The notes below the pieces were generated by a model. The model made no database searches. It was not told where the DNA came from and worked only from the letters and a program-made list of their open reading frames with translations. A stretch of DNA of 64,000 nucleotides from an uncultured Acidimicrobiales bacterium (GTDB lineage Bacteria > Actinomycetota > Geothermincolia > Fen-727 > Anoxymicrobiaceae): the NCBI GenBank assembly GCA_964512645.1, contig CAZEJS010000005.1, forward strand, positions 18,309-82,308, given 5' to 3'. The first letter of the stretch is position 1. Each line of letters starts with the position of its first letter. Both the position numbers and the translations under genes were made by a program. Shown one piece after another: positions 19,024-30,571 of this stretch.

Positions 19024-19965
19024 ATGCCGACGATGGTCAGTTTGAAGGACCTGCCCGAAGAGGAGCTGTTCCTGGCCGGCAGCACTGCGTGCCAGGGGTG
19101 CCCCTCGAGCCTGGCGCTCAGGATAGCGTTCAAGGCCCTGGGCAAGAATACGGTCCTGGTGGTGGTAGCCTCGTGCACGTCGGTGCTGCAGGGGTCCTAT
19201 CCGCTGTCGGCCATCGACCTGCCGCTGATGAACGTGGCGTTCGCGACCGGCGGGGCGAGCGCGTCGGGGGTAGTGGCCGGCCTGCGGGCGCTGCACAAGC
19301 GGGGGGACCTCGACGAGGAGCCGACCGTCCTGGTGTGGGCCGGAGACGGCGGCACCTACGACATCGGGATACAGTCCCTGTCGGGCGCCGCGGAGCGGGA
19401 GACCAACTTCATCTATGTCTGCTACAACAACGAGATGTACTCGAACACCGGCACGCAGAGGAGCGGGGCTACGCCCCTGGGCGCCTGGACCACCACCACG
19501 CCTGGAGGCAAAGCGCAGCAGCGCAAGGACATCGCCCAGGTAATGATCGCCCACCGGATACCTTACGTTGCCACCGCGTCGCTGGCTTACCCGCTGGACT
19601 TCTACCAGAAGATGGAGAAGGCCAAGGCCATGGAGGGCACCAAGTACATCGAGCTCATGGCCCCGTGTCCACCGGGCTGGAAGTTCCCCTCGAGCCAGAC
19701 GATCGAGGTCAGCCGCCTGGCGGTTCAGAGCGGCATGTGGCTGTTGTACGAGCACGAGAACGGGGAGACCAGGTTCACCGCGGCGACAAAGAGGATCATC
19801 GAGGGCAAGGTCAAGAAGAAGCCGGTGAAGGATTACCTGGAGATGCAGGGGCGCTTCAAGCAGGTGCTCTCCTCCCCGGAGGGCCAGGCAGCGGAGGACG
19901 CGCTCGAGCAGGAGGTCACCGAATCGATCAGGCGCCTGCACGGGTGGGTTCCAGAGTACATCTGA
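19024..19965 (+). CDS. porB: 2-oxoacid:ferredoxin oxidoreductase beta subunit (TPP-binding)
   Basis: ACQGC, AGDGGTYDIG..YNNEMYSNTG and APCPPGW. Confidence 0.93.
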   Translation: MPTMVSLKDLPEEELFLAGSTACQGCPSSLALRIAFKALGKNTVLVVVASCTSVLQGSYPLSAIDLPLMNVAFATGGASASGVVAGLRALHKRGDLDEEPTVLVWAGDGGTYDIGIQSLSGAAERETNFIYVCYNNEMYSNTGTQRSGATPLGAWTTTTPGGKAQQRKDIAQVMIAHRIPYVATASLAYPLDFYQKMEKAKAMEGTKYIELMAPCPPGWKFPSSQTIEVSRLAVQSGMWLLYEHENGETRFTAATKRIIEGKVKKKPVKDYLEMQGRFKQVLSSPEGQAAEDALEQEVTESIRRLHGWVPEYI

Positions 19966-19970
19966 CCCGC

Positions 19971-19986
19971 CGGGGCCGCGGCCCCG
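19971..19986 (+). terminator. GC-rich palindrome after porB
   Basis: CGGGGCCGCGGCCCCG is a perfect 16-bp palindrome 5 nt after the stop; no U-tract. Confidence 0.4.
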
Positions 19987-20018
19987 CGGCAACCACGGTT
20001 CGCCCCCCGCCGCTCCGG

Positions 20019-20027
20019 TGGTAGAAT
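20019..20027 (+). promoter_or_regulatory. Extended -10 element for the tRNA
   Basis: TG-G-TAGAAT 18 nt upstream of the tRNA. Confidence 0.55.
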
Positions 20028-20045
20028 GTCTGGCGCAGGACGGAA

Positions 20046-20121
20046 GCCGGTGTAGCTCAGTCGGTAGAGCGGCTCACTCGTAATGAGCAGGTCAGCGGTT
20101 CGAATCCGCTCGCCGGCTCCA
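20046..20121 (+). tRNA. tRNA-Thr(CGT)
   Basis: Cloverleaf: acceptor GCCGGTG/CGCCGGC, anticodon arm GCTCA-CTCGTAA-TGAGC, TTCGAAT loop and encoded CCA. Confidence 0.97.
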
Positions 20122-20260
20122 CCTCCCGCCCCGGGGATGGCCCCGCCCCGGGCACGAAGCGGAGACGGGCACCCGATCACTATCAAGAAGCCGTCCCGCC
20201 CGTGCCGAAACAAAGAGTGCCAACGAAACGGGAAGCGGCGGGCGCGCCCCGTGCGCCCCG

Positions 20261-22774
20261 GTGGAAATACACCCGCACGACAGGGAAGCTGATTTGCCTT
20301 ACGACGATATCGAACCGGCCCCGCCGACAGGGCCCGGGCGGCAGGACCCCGGGTCTTCCGCGGCAGGCGCCGGGACGGACGAGCCCGGCCGGACGCGCAA
20401 CAAGCTCGAGAGGCTGGAGAAGTTGTACCGCGCCCTGAGCGCGGGGAGCGAGGCCGCGCTGAGGTCGCGGGACCCCCGGGACCTCTACGAGGGGGTCTGC
20501 CGGGTGCTCGCGGAAAGCGGGCTTGTCGTCATGGCCTGGGTGGGGATGACGGTCCCCGGCAGCCAGGTCGTCCTCCCCGTTGGACACGGCGGACGGGACG
20601 AGGGATTCCTCAAGGACACCAGGCACTCCGCCCTGGAGGTGCCGGACGGGCTCGGGCCCACCGGGACGGCCATCCGCGAAGAACGGGCCGATCTCTGCGG
20701 GGACATCGCGGGGGACCTGCGCATGTCACCCTGGCGCAACGAAGCCCTTGCCCGCGGTTACGGGTCCTGCGCGGCGTTCCCGTTGCGGCTCGAAGACCAG
20801 GTCGTGGGAGCGCTGACCCTGTACTGCGCCGGCGGCGGGGCGTCCGACGCGGACCTGCTGGAGCTGGCCTCTTCGCTCGCGGAAGAGATCTCCTTCGTCA
20901 TCCGTTCGATAGAGAGGGAAGGCCGGCGCAAGCGGGCCGAGGAGTCGCTGCGACGTAGCGAGCAGTATTACCGGGCCCTGATTGAGAACACCCAGGACGT
21001 CATCACGCTCATGAGTTCGACCGGGGAGATGCTGTACGTCAGCCCTTCGGTGGAGCGCGCGCTCGGCTTCAAGCGCTCCGACATGAGAGAAAAGGTCATC
21101 TTCGATTTCGTCCACCCGGACGACGCGTCCGCGCTCGCCGGGTTCATGCGGGGCATTACCGGCGCCCCCGAGTCGAGCGCGACCGTGGAGGTACGCCTCA
21201 GGCACAGCGGCGGCGCCTACAGGGATCTCGACGTGGTCGGAAAGAGCTTCCGGGACGAGGCGGGGGGCGTCGGGGTCATCGTGAGCGCGAGGGACGTAAC
21301 CGACCGGAAGGCCGTCGAGGCGGCTCAGCGGAAGGACCGCGACTTCATATCGACGGTCATCGACACGGCCGCCGCGGTTGTGGTCGTCTTCGACCTGGAC
21401 AGGCGCATCATCCTGTTCAACAGCACCGCCGAGGAGATCTCCGGCTATTCCGCCCCGGAGGTCAGGGGCCGCAAGGCCAATTTCCTGTTGCCGAGCGACC
21501 AGGCGCGAAAGGCGCAGGAGGCGTTCGACGGGATTGTCGCGGGGGACCATGCCTACAAGACACTGGAGCTCGAATGGCTGACGAGGCACGGGGCCCGCAA
21601 GCTCATATCGTGGACCAGCACGCTGATGGACGAGGAGGACGGAGGCGGGTTCGTCATCTGTACCGGAATCGACATCACCGAGCGGAGGCAGGCCGAGGCC
21701 GCGCTGAGGGAATCAGAGGAACAGTACCGGACCGTGTTCGAGTCGACCGGCACCGCCATGTGCATCATCGGCGAGAAGACGGTGGTGACGTTCATGAACC
21801 AGGAGTTCGGCAGGATGACCGGCTACGGCACTGCGGAGGTGGAGGGAGTGCGCCCGTTCACCGATTTCCTCCAGCCGTCCGACGCCGACAGCTTCAGGAG
21901 CTACCACCGGGAGACGCTGAGGGGATCGCGCGGGGTTCCCATACACTTCGAGTGCAACGTCGTCGACAAGGCGGGTAATGCCCTGAACGTACTGGCCAAC
22001 CTGGGGCTGCTCCCGGGAAGGCCGGCCTGCGTCCTTTCCCTCATCGATATCACCCGCGAGCGCATGTACGAGCGGAACCTGGCCGAGACCGCGGAGAGGC
22101 TGAAGCACTTCCTCAGTGTCGCGTCGCACGAGCTCAGGCATCCGATTACCGTCGTCAAGGGCTACGCCAACACCCTCAGCGGTTTCATGGAGGAGATGCC
22201 CAAAGAGCACATCATGGAGATACTGGACGACATCGACGGCTCCGCGGATCGCCTGACGCGTTACGTCGAGGACCTGATGGACGTTTCACGCGTCGAGGAA
22301 GGCCGCTTTCCCATCCAGAAGAAGCCGACCGAGGTCGGAGAGCTGGTCAATATGACCCTGGAGGACATGCGGGCGATCGGTATCGAGAACGATTTCACCG
22401 CCACTGTGTCGCCCGATATCGGCACTATCCAGGTAGACCCCGAGAAGTTCGTCCAGCTACTGGTGATACTGCTCGAGAACGCCGTAAGGTTCGGGCCTCC
22501 CCGCTCCCCCGTGGAGATACTGCTGACCCGGGTGAAAGGAACCCTGGAGTGCGCCGTTCTCGACCGCGGGCGGGGCATAGAAGAAGAGGACCGGGAGAGG
22601 GTGTTCGACCGGTTCTACCAGGTCGAGGACATGATGCATCACTCCACGCCCGGGATGGGCCTGGGCCTGTACATCGCCCGCGAGATCGTTACCGCGCACG
22701 GCGGCTCGATATGGTGCGAACCGCGGGAGGGCGGGGGCAGCGTGTTTCGCTTCACCTTGCTCCTGGACGATTGA
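20261..22774 (+). CDS. Cytoplasmic sensor histidine kinase (GAF, three PAS, HisKA, HATPase)
   Basis: ASHELRHPIT H-box, LLENAVRF, DRGRGI, FDRFYQ and GMGLGL. No transmembrane segment. Start uncertain (GTG 20261 or TTG 20294). Confidence 0.9.
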   Translation: MEIHPHDREADLPYDDIEPAPPTGPGRQDPGSSAAGAGTDEPGRTRNKLERLEKLYRALSAGSEAALRSRDPRDLYEGVCRVLAESGLVVMAWVGMTVPGSQVVLPVGHGGRDEGFLKDTRHSALEVPDGLGPTGTAIREERADLCGDIAGDLRMSPWRNEALARGYGSCAAFPLRLEDQVVGALTLYCAGGGASDADLLELASSLAEEISFVIRSIEREGRRKRAEESLRRSEQYYRALIENTQDVITLMSSTGEMLYVSPSVERALGFKRSDMREKVIFDFVHPDDASALAGFMRGITGAPESSATVEVRLRHSGGAYRDLDVVGKSFRDEAGGVGVIVSARDVTDRKAVEAAQRKDRDFISTVIDTAAAVVVVFDLDRRIILFNSTAEEISGYSAPEVRGRKANFLLPSDQARKAQEAFDGIVAGDHAYKTLELEWLTRHGARKLISWTSTLMDEEDGGGFVICTGIDITERRQAEAALRESEEQYRTVFESTGTAMCIIGEKTVVTFMNQEFGRMTGYGTAEVEGVRPFTDFLQPSDADSFRSYHRETLRGSRGVPIHFECNVVDKAGNALNVLANLGLLPGRPACVLSLIDITRERMYERNLAETAERLKHFLSVASHELRHPITVVKGYANTLSGFMEEMPKEHIMEILDDIDGSADRLTRYVEDLMDVSRVEEGRFPIQKKPTEVGELVNMTLEDMRAIGIENDFTATVSPDIGTIQVDPEKFVQLLVILLENAVRFGPPRSPVEILLTRVKGTLECAVLDRGRGIEEEDRERVFDRFYQVEDMMHHSTPGMGLGLYIAREIVTAHGGSIWCEPREGGGSVFRFTLLLDD

Positions 22775-22881
22775 CCGTGCCCCCTCCGCCGGGGAGTCCG
22801 CTCCGTTCCAGCCCGCCATCGAACCGGCTTCCCGCTCTCGAGGTTCCCGTTGTCCCGCGGCGGGTCCGGAGGCGGGCGACC

Positions 22882-22890
22882 TGCTATAGT
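22882..22890 (+). promoter_or_regulatory. Extended -10 element upstream of the CapA-family gene
   Basis: TG-C-TATAGT. Confidence 0.45.
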
Positions 22891-22925
22891 TTAGCCTGGA
22901 CGACGAAGGAAGGCGGGACTGCCCG

Positions 22926-24092
22926 ATGATCCGCGAGCGAAAGACGAAAGTCGCGCTGGCCCTGCTCCTGGCAGGGGCGGCGGCCCTGTCCGTCGCGGGT
23001 TGTTCCCCCGGGGGGGCCGGCGACGCGTCCGGCCTCGAGCTATCGGGCGCGTGGCGTAAGGTCGCCGATTCCGCGGGCGCCGCGGGGGGCCTGGTGTCGG
23101 TAAGCGCGGGGGGCGACGTCAACTTCGGTGACGGCGTGACGCCCTCGCTTGTCTCCGGCGGGCTCGACTACCCGTTCTCGGGGGTCAGGGAGGCCTTCGC
23201 CACCACGGACCTCTCGTTCGTCAACCTGGAATGCTGCATCGCGTCATGCGGCGCGCCCGTAGCCGGCAAGCAGTTCACGTTCAGGGGCCCCGCGGATTCC
23301 GCGGACGCGCTGCGCAGCGGCAACGTGGACGTGGTGTCGCTCGCCAACAACCACTCGCTGGACTATGGAGCGGCCGCCCTGGTGGAGACCCTCGCTCACC
23401 TGGACGAGAACGGCATAGCGTGGTGCGGGGCGGGCCGCAACCGCGATGAGGCGTACGCCCCGAGGGTCCTGGAGACTCGCGGCGGGAGGGTGGCGTTCCT
23501 GGCTTTCAACGGGATAGTGCCGGACGGCTGGTCCGCGACGGCTACCGCCCCCGGGTGCGCGACCACCTGGGATGCGAAAAAAGTGGCCTCGGCGATAAGA
23601 GACGCCAAACGGGGTGCGGACTACCTGGTGGCGTCATTCCACTGGGGGATAGAACTGGCTACGTCGCCCGGCGCCGAACAGAGGAACCTGGCGCATCTGG
23701 CGGTGGACAGCGGCGCCGACCTGGTGCTGGGGCACCACCCGCACGTTGTCCAGGGTTTTGAGCTTTACCGCAACCGTCTTATCGCGTACAGCCTTGGAAA
23801 TTTCGTGTTCAGCCCTCCACGCCCTGAGTCGGCGAAGTCGGTAATGCTCATCGCCGTGCTGGGACCCGGCGGGCTCGTCCAGGCGAAGGTGGTGCCCGCT
23901 TCGATATCGGGATGCCGCCCGGTGATCCTGGACGGCGCCCCGGCCGACGCCTGGGTGGGCACGATGTCGAGATACAGCAGCGCACTGGGAACGACGGTGA
24001 CGGTCCGTTCCGGGCGCGGTTACATCGACGGGAACGCCGCGGCGTCCGGCGGGCGGGGGGTTCCATCGAGCCGGTCCGCCGGGTCCCGATGA
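22926..24092 (+). CDS. CapA-family metallophosphoesterase, predicted lipoprotein
   Basis: GDVNFG, NLEC, LANNHSLDYG, SFHWGIE, GHHPHV and YSLGNF; lipobox VAGC. Confidence 0.88.
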   Translation: MIRERKTKVALALLLAGAAALSVAGCSPGGAGDASGLELSGAWRKVADSAGAAGGLVSVSAGGDVNFGDGVTPSLVSGGLDYPFSGVREAFATTDLSFVNLECCIASCGAPVAGKQFTFRGPADSADALRSGNVDVVSLANNHSLDYGAAALVETLAHLDENGIAWCGAGRNRDEAYAPRVLETRGGRVAFLAFNGIVPDGWSATATAPGCATTWDAKKVASAIRDAKRGADYLVASFHWGIELATSPGAEQRNLAHLAVDSGADLVLGHHPHVVQGFELYRNRLIAYSLGNFVFSPPRPESAKSVMLIAVLGPGGLVQAKVVPASISGCRPVILDGAPADAWVGTMSRYSSALGTTVTVRSGRGYIDGNAAASGGRGVPSSRSAGSR

Positions 24093-24129
24093 CCGGGGCG
24101 GCCGGGCGGTCCCGGGGCGGAGGGCCGTG

Positions 24130-25530
24130 ATGTCGCATACGGGCGGTGGAGACCTCTCCGGAAAAGCACGGGCGACGGTGGCGCGGTACTCGATGCTGGA
24201 GGAGGGGCAGCGTGTCGTAGTGAGCGTCTCCGGCGGGCCTGACTCGGTGGCCCTGCTGCTGTTCCTCGCGGACCTCGCGCCCGGGATGAGCCTGACCCTG
24301 TCGGTTTTTCACCTCGACCACATGCTGCGCGGGACGGAGTCGGCCGCCGACGCCGAGTTCGTTCGACTGCTGGCGGAAAACCTGGGGTTGCCGGCAGAGG
24401 TGACCTCCGCCGAGGCGGGTGCGGCGGCCGGGGGGAGCCGGAGGTCGCCGCAGGACGCGTACAGGGAGATCAGGACGGGAAAGCTGCTCGCATGGGCGGA
24501 TCGCTGGGGCGCCGACCGGGTGGCAGTGGGCCACACCGCCGACGACCAGGTGGAGACGTTCCTGATGAGGATGGTGCAGGGCGCCGGCCTGACCGGGCTG
24601 GCGGGGATACCGCCGGTCGCCGGGCCGCTTATCAGGCCGCTGATCGAGGTCTGGCGGCACGAGGTGGAAGCTTTCCTGCGTCTCAAGGGGGTGACCGCCA
24701 GGACTGACCGGACGAACCTCGAGGACGACTACCTCAGGAACAGGATCCGGCACCAGCTCCTCCCGTGCATCGTCTCCGGGTTCGGCGAGGCGACGAAGGC
24801 CGTAATACTTCGAGAGGTGGAGTCGCTCGCCTGGGACCGCGAGATGTTCTTCGCGTTGGCCCGCCGGGCGTTCGAGGAAGTGGCGCGGCTCGAAGGCGGA
24901 ACGTGCCGGATAGACCTCCGGGCGCTCTCTGCGGTGTCACTCTCGATGCGGAGGGGGGTCGTGAGGGAGGCCTGGGCGCGGCTGCGGCCGGGCGAGCCCA
25001 TGCTCTCCTGGCGGCACGTCCGGGATATCCTGACGAAGGTCGCCGGCGGCGCGAGCGGCGCCTCCATCGACCTGCCGGGTGGGATGCGCGCCGAGCGTGA
25101 ATACGGCGATCTGCTGGTCGGGCCGGCGCCGGCGCCGGCGCTCCTCGAGCCGCGGCGTCTCGAGGTCCCCGGACGGCTGCGACTTGACGGCCGGACGGTC
25201 CTGGAGGCGGAGAGGGTCCCCCCTTCCGAAGTCGTGTACGGCGGCGACCCCGACACGGAGTACGCGAGACCGGACCTCTCTACGACGCTGGAAGTGCGGG
25301 GGACAAGGCCGGGGGACCGGTTCCGGCCCCTGGGCTCACCGTACCAGAAGAAGCTCAAGGACTTCTTCATCGACGAGAAAGTGCCCCGGCGCGAGAGGCC
25401 AACGGTGCCGCTGGTGCTGGAGGCCGGACGGATCGTCTGGGTAGCCGGATACCGCCTCGACGACAGGTTCAAGCTGCGACCGGGCGACGACGGCGCCGTA
25501 AGGTTGCGCCTCAGGAGGGAACGTGCGTAG
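24130..25530 (+). CDS. tilS: tRNA(Ile)-lysidine synthetase
   Basis: SGGPDS, HLDHMLRG, GHTADDQVET, RPL, RNRIR and a C-terminal KKLKDFFIDEKVP..R. Confidence 0.95.
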   Translation: MSHTGGGDLSGKARATVARYSMLEEGQRVVVSVSGGPDSVALLLFLADLAPGMSLTLSVFHLDHMLRGTESAADAEFVRLLAENLGLPAEVTSAEAGAAAGGSRRSPQDAYREIRTGKLLAWADRWGADRVAVGHTADDQVETFLMRMVQGAGLTGLAGIPPVAGPLIRPLIEVWRHEVEAFLRLKGVTARTDRTNLEDDYLRNRIRHQLLPCIVSGFGEATKAVILREVESLAWDREMFFALARRAFEEVARLEGGTCRIDLRALSAVSLSMRRGVVREAWARLRPGEPMLSWRHVRDILTKVAGGASGASIDLPGGMRAEREYGDLLVGPAPAPALLEPRRLEVPGRLRLDGRTVLEAERVPPSEVVYGGDPDTEYARPDLSTTLEVRGTRPGDRFRPLGSPYQKKLKDFFIDEKVPRRERPTVPLVLEAGRIVWVAGYRLDDRFKLRPGDDGAVRLRLRRERA

Positions 25531-25575
25531 AATGCGCGTGGCACAGCGGCCGCGGCGCGTGAAAGCGGGTGGGAC

Positions 25576-26106
25576 TTGACCAGGCACGAGATCGAGGAGA
25601 CCGTCTTCACCGTGGAGGAGGTCCAGCAGCGGGTCGGGGAGCTGGCCGGCGAGATAAACCGGGACTACGAGGGCACCGACCTGCTCCTGATCGGCATTCT
25701 CAAAGGGGCTTTCATCTTCCTGGCCGACCTGGCCCGCCGCCTCACGGTGCCTGTCAGGTTCGATTTCATAGCCTGCTCCTCGTACGGTTCGTCCACCAGG
25801 ACATCCGGGGTCGTGAGGATACTCAAGGACCTCGACAGCGACATATCGGGAAAACACGTGTTGCTGGTAGAGGATATCGTGGACACGGGACTTACCTTGA
25901 GCTACCTGGTCAGGAGCCTCGAAGCCAGGGGCCCCGCCTCTCTGCACATATGCGCCCTGCTCAACAAGTCGAGCCCGGAGAGGAAGGCCGACCTCCCTAT
26001 CAGGTACCAGGGGTTCTCCATACCCGACGACTTCGTTATCGGGTACGGCCTGGACTGCGCCGAGGAGTACCGGAACCTGCCCTACATAGCGAAAATCAGG
26101 AGATGA
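25576..26106 (+). CDS. hpt: Hypoxanthine phosphoribosyltransferase
   Basis: ILKGAFIFLADL, VLLVEDIVDTGLT, FVIGYGLD and YRNLP. TTG start. Confidence 0.95.
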   Translation: MTRHEIEETVFTVEEVQQRVGELAGEINRDYEGTDLLLIGILKGAFIFLADLARRLTVPVRFDFIACSSYGSSTRTSGVVRILKDLDSDISGKHVLLVEDIVDTGLTLSYLVRSLEARGPASLHICALLNKSSPERKADLPIRYQGFSIPDDFVIGYGLDCAEEYRNLPYIAKIRR

Positions 26107-26222
26107 ACCCCCCGCCGCGGGAACGCTCCGACGCCTGTCGCCGGCACGAACCGGCAGCCGCCCCACGGCGTCTTATCCGGTGGTCCGGCGCGACGGCGGC
26201 CCGGAGCGCCGCTCCCGGAATA

Positions 26223-26291
26223 TGGTAGTATATAAGCGGAAAAAGACAGTCAAGGAAACTGCCGACCCCATGCCTGTCGGCGGTTTTGTTT
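26223..26291 (+). promoter_or_regulatory. Extended -10 element followed by a 9-bp hairpin and U-rich tract in the ftsH leader
   Basis: TG-G-TAGTAT at 26223-26231; stem 26258-26266 pairs with 26276-26284; followed by TTTGTTT. Confidence 0.5.
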
Positions 26292-26296
26292 AAGGA

Positions 26297-28252
<1,956 letters not shown>

Positions 28253-28363
28253 AGGCCCGCTCCGGTCCGCCCGATTGACCCGCCCACGCGGGCTCTGGTA
28301 CAACAATCATCTCAGGACAGGTCGGGGAAGACGCCTGTCCGCACGGATTTCGGGAGGCTTCAC

Positions 28364-28930
28364 TTGGACCGTAACAAGATCGAAGAAGCGGTAAGGATGA
28401 TCCTGGAGGGCATCGGGGAAGACCTGGAGCGGGAAGGCCTGCGCCTGACACCTTCGAGGGTCGCCAGCATGTACGAGGAGATATTCTCCGGCCTGACGGC
28501 GGACCCGTCGGAAGTGCTCCAGGCACAGTTCGCCGAGGCGCACGAGGAGATGGTGATAGTCAAGGACATCCCGCTGTACTCCGTCTGCGAGCACCACCTG
28601 ATGCCGTTCACCGGCAAGGCCCACGTCGCATACGTGCCCGGCGAATCAGGCCAGGTCAGCGGCATAAGCAAGCTGGCCCGGGTGGTGGACGTCCTCTCCA
28701 AGAGGCTGCAGGTCCAGGAGAGGCTGACCACGCAGGTCGCGGAAACCCTGATGGACGGGCTGGACGCGCAGGGAGTGCTCGTGGTGATAGAAGCGGAGCA
28801 CCTGTGCATGTCGATGAGAGGGGTCAAGAAACCCGGTACGGTCACCGTCACCTCCGCCGTCAGGGGATTGTTCTACAGGAGCCCGGCCGCCCGGGCGGAG
28901 GCGATGGCGCTGATAAAGAGGAACGGTTGA
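28364..28930 (+). CDS. folE: GTP cyclohydrolase I
   Basis: [23 protein letters not shown] and [11 protein letters not shown] start. Confidence 0.96.
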   Translation: MDRNKIEEAVRMILEGIGEDLEREGLRLTPSRVASMYEEIFSGLTADPSEVLQAQFAEAHEEMVIVKDIPLYSVCEHHLMPFTGKAHVAYVPGESGQVSGISKLARVVDVLSKRLQVQERLTTQVAETLMDGLDAQGVLVVIEAEHLCMSMRGVKKPGTVTVTSAVRGLFYRSPAARAEAMALIKRNG

Positions 28931-30174
28931 TGGAGAAGGTCCCGCGGGCGCCGGGAAGCAGGTACCGGCCGAGGCTGCTCAGGGTCGAGGGAGAGCGGAG
29001 CGCACGCGACATCCTCGAGGAGCTCGGAACCGATTCCGCCGGGGCCGTCATAATGTCCTCGAAGATGGTGCACGCCGCCATCCGGGTGGACAACGTCCAG
29101 GCCCGCGCCTCCAACGTGGTCAAGCAGGTGATGCTCTCCAAGGGGGGTGAGTGCGCCACCCCCAGGGACGCCCTCCTCAAGACGACCGAGCCGGTCTCGA
29201 TAATCCTGATGGGCACCGTCAAGCAGCTCCGGGCCGCCGCCAAGAACCTCTCGGTCCAGCCGTTCGGCCTGAGGGAGCTGTCGCTCGAGCTGAAGCGGTT
29301 CATGGAGGACTCCTTCGGACGGGAGGCCGACCCTCGCACGATGCGGGCGGGCCGCCACCAGTTGTCGGTGGGCGGCAGGACCCTGGTCATGGGCGTGGTG
29401 AACGTCACGCCCGACTCGTTCTCCGACGGCGGCGAGTCGTTCGGCTTCGACGACGCCCGGAGGCGGGCGCTGGAGATGGCGGAGGCCGGCGCCGACGTGA
29501 TAGACGTCGGCGGAGAATCCACGAGGCCCGGCGCGGAGCCGGTGAGTTTCGAGGAGGAGGAGAGGCGCACCATACCGCTGGTGGAGGCGCTCGCCGGCGA
29601 GCTTGACGTCCCCGTGTCCATCGATACTTACAAAGCCCCGATTGCCCGCATGGCACTCGATGCGGGAGCGTCCATAGTGAACGATATCAGCGCACTGAGG
29701 ATGGACGGAGAACTCGCGCCGCTGGTGGCCGCGCGAGGAGTCCCGCTCGTACTGATGCACATGCAGGGCGAGCCCAGGAACATGCAGGAGGATCCGAGGT
29801 ACGACGACGTGGTCGGGGAGATAGCCGCATTCTTGCGCGAGCGCGCGGAGTACGCGATCGAAAGCGGGGTCGACGAAGACCTGATAATGGTCGACCCGGG
29901 CATCGGGTTCGGGAAGACGGTCGATCACAACCTGGAGATTCTTCGCCGCCTCGAGGAGTTCAAGGCGCTGGGCTATCCCCTGGTGCTTGGCACGTCGCGC
30001 AAGCGGTTCATCGGGTCGGTCCTGGACCGTGGTGTCACCGAACGGCTGATGGGCACCGCCGCGACGGTGGCTTTCGCGATAGCGAGGGGCGTGGACATGG
30101 TGAGGGTTCACGACGTGGCCCGAATGGTGGAAGTGGTCCGGATGGCCGACGCCGTGGCCGGAAAGGCGGGGTGA
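28930..30174 (+). CDS. folP: Dihydropteroate synthase with N-terminal extension
   Basis: MGVVNVTPDSFSDGG, GGESTRPGA, SIDTYK, DPGIGFGK, SRKRF and RVHDV. ATG overlaps the folE stop. Confidence 0.95.
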   Translation: MEKVPRAPGSRYRPRLLRVEGERSARDILEELGTDSAGAVIMSSKMVHAAIRVDNVQARASNVVKQVMLSKGGECATPRDALLKTTEPVSIILMGTVKQLRAAAKNLSVQPFGLRELSLELKRFMEDSFGREADPRTMRAGRHQLSVGGRTLVMGVVNVTPDSFSDGGESFGFDDARRRALEMAEAGADVIDVGGESTRPGAEPVSFEEEERRTIPLVEALAGELDVPVSIDTYKAPIARMALDAGASIVNDISALRMDGELAPLVAARGVPLVLMHMQGEPRNMQEDPRYDDVVGEIAAFLRERAEYAIESGVDEDLIMVDPGIGFGKTVDHNLEILRRLEEFKALGYPLVLGTSRKRFIGSVLDRGVTERLMGTAATVAFAIARGVDMVRVHDVARMVEVVRMADAVAGKAG

Positions 30175-30178
30175 CGGC

Positions 30179-30571
30179 TTGCCCGGAAGGACCTGCGCGA
30201 TCGCCGTAGAGGGCATAGAGGTGTTCGCTTACCACGGCGTCCTGCCCGAGGAAAAGGAGCGTGGGCAGCGGTTTCTGATCGACGTGCGGCTCGAGCTCGC
30301 GGGGGTCCCCGACCGTGACGAGCTCGAGGATACCGTCGACTACGCCCGCGTTGCCGGGGACGCCGCGCGCCTGGCGGCCGACACCAGGTTCGACCTGATC
30401 GAAACGCTGGCGGGCAGGATAGCGGACCGCGTCATGGAAGACCCGCGAATACTGCACGCCTCCATAACGGTTTGCAAGCCGGACGCGCCGATGCCCGTGC
30501 GGGCGGCTGGCGTCCGGGTGACCGTGCGCGCCGGGCGGCGCGCCGACGGCCGGGAGGAAGGTGGCGTATGA
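30179..30571 (+). CDS. folB: Dihydroneopterin aldolase
   Basis: AYHGVLPEEKERGQRF, DTVDY and LIETLA. Confidence 0.92.
   Translation: MPGRTCAIAVEGIEVFAYHGVLPEEKERGQRFLIDVRLELAGVPDRDELEDTVDYARVAGDAARLAADTRFDLIETLAGRIADRVMEDPRILHASITVCKPDAPMPVRAAGVRVTVRAGRRADGREEGGV

Noticed and set aside
20046-20260. tRNA-Thr as the attachment site of an integrated element
   Set aside because: No integrase, no duplicated tRNA 3-prime end noticed, and no compositional shift downstream.
22926-24092. Poly-gamma-glutamate capsule locus
   Set aside because: capB and capC are absent; stand-alone CapA-family lipoproteins are widespread.
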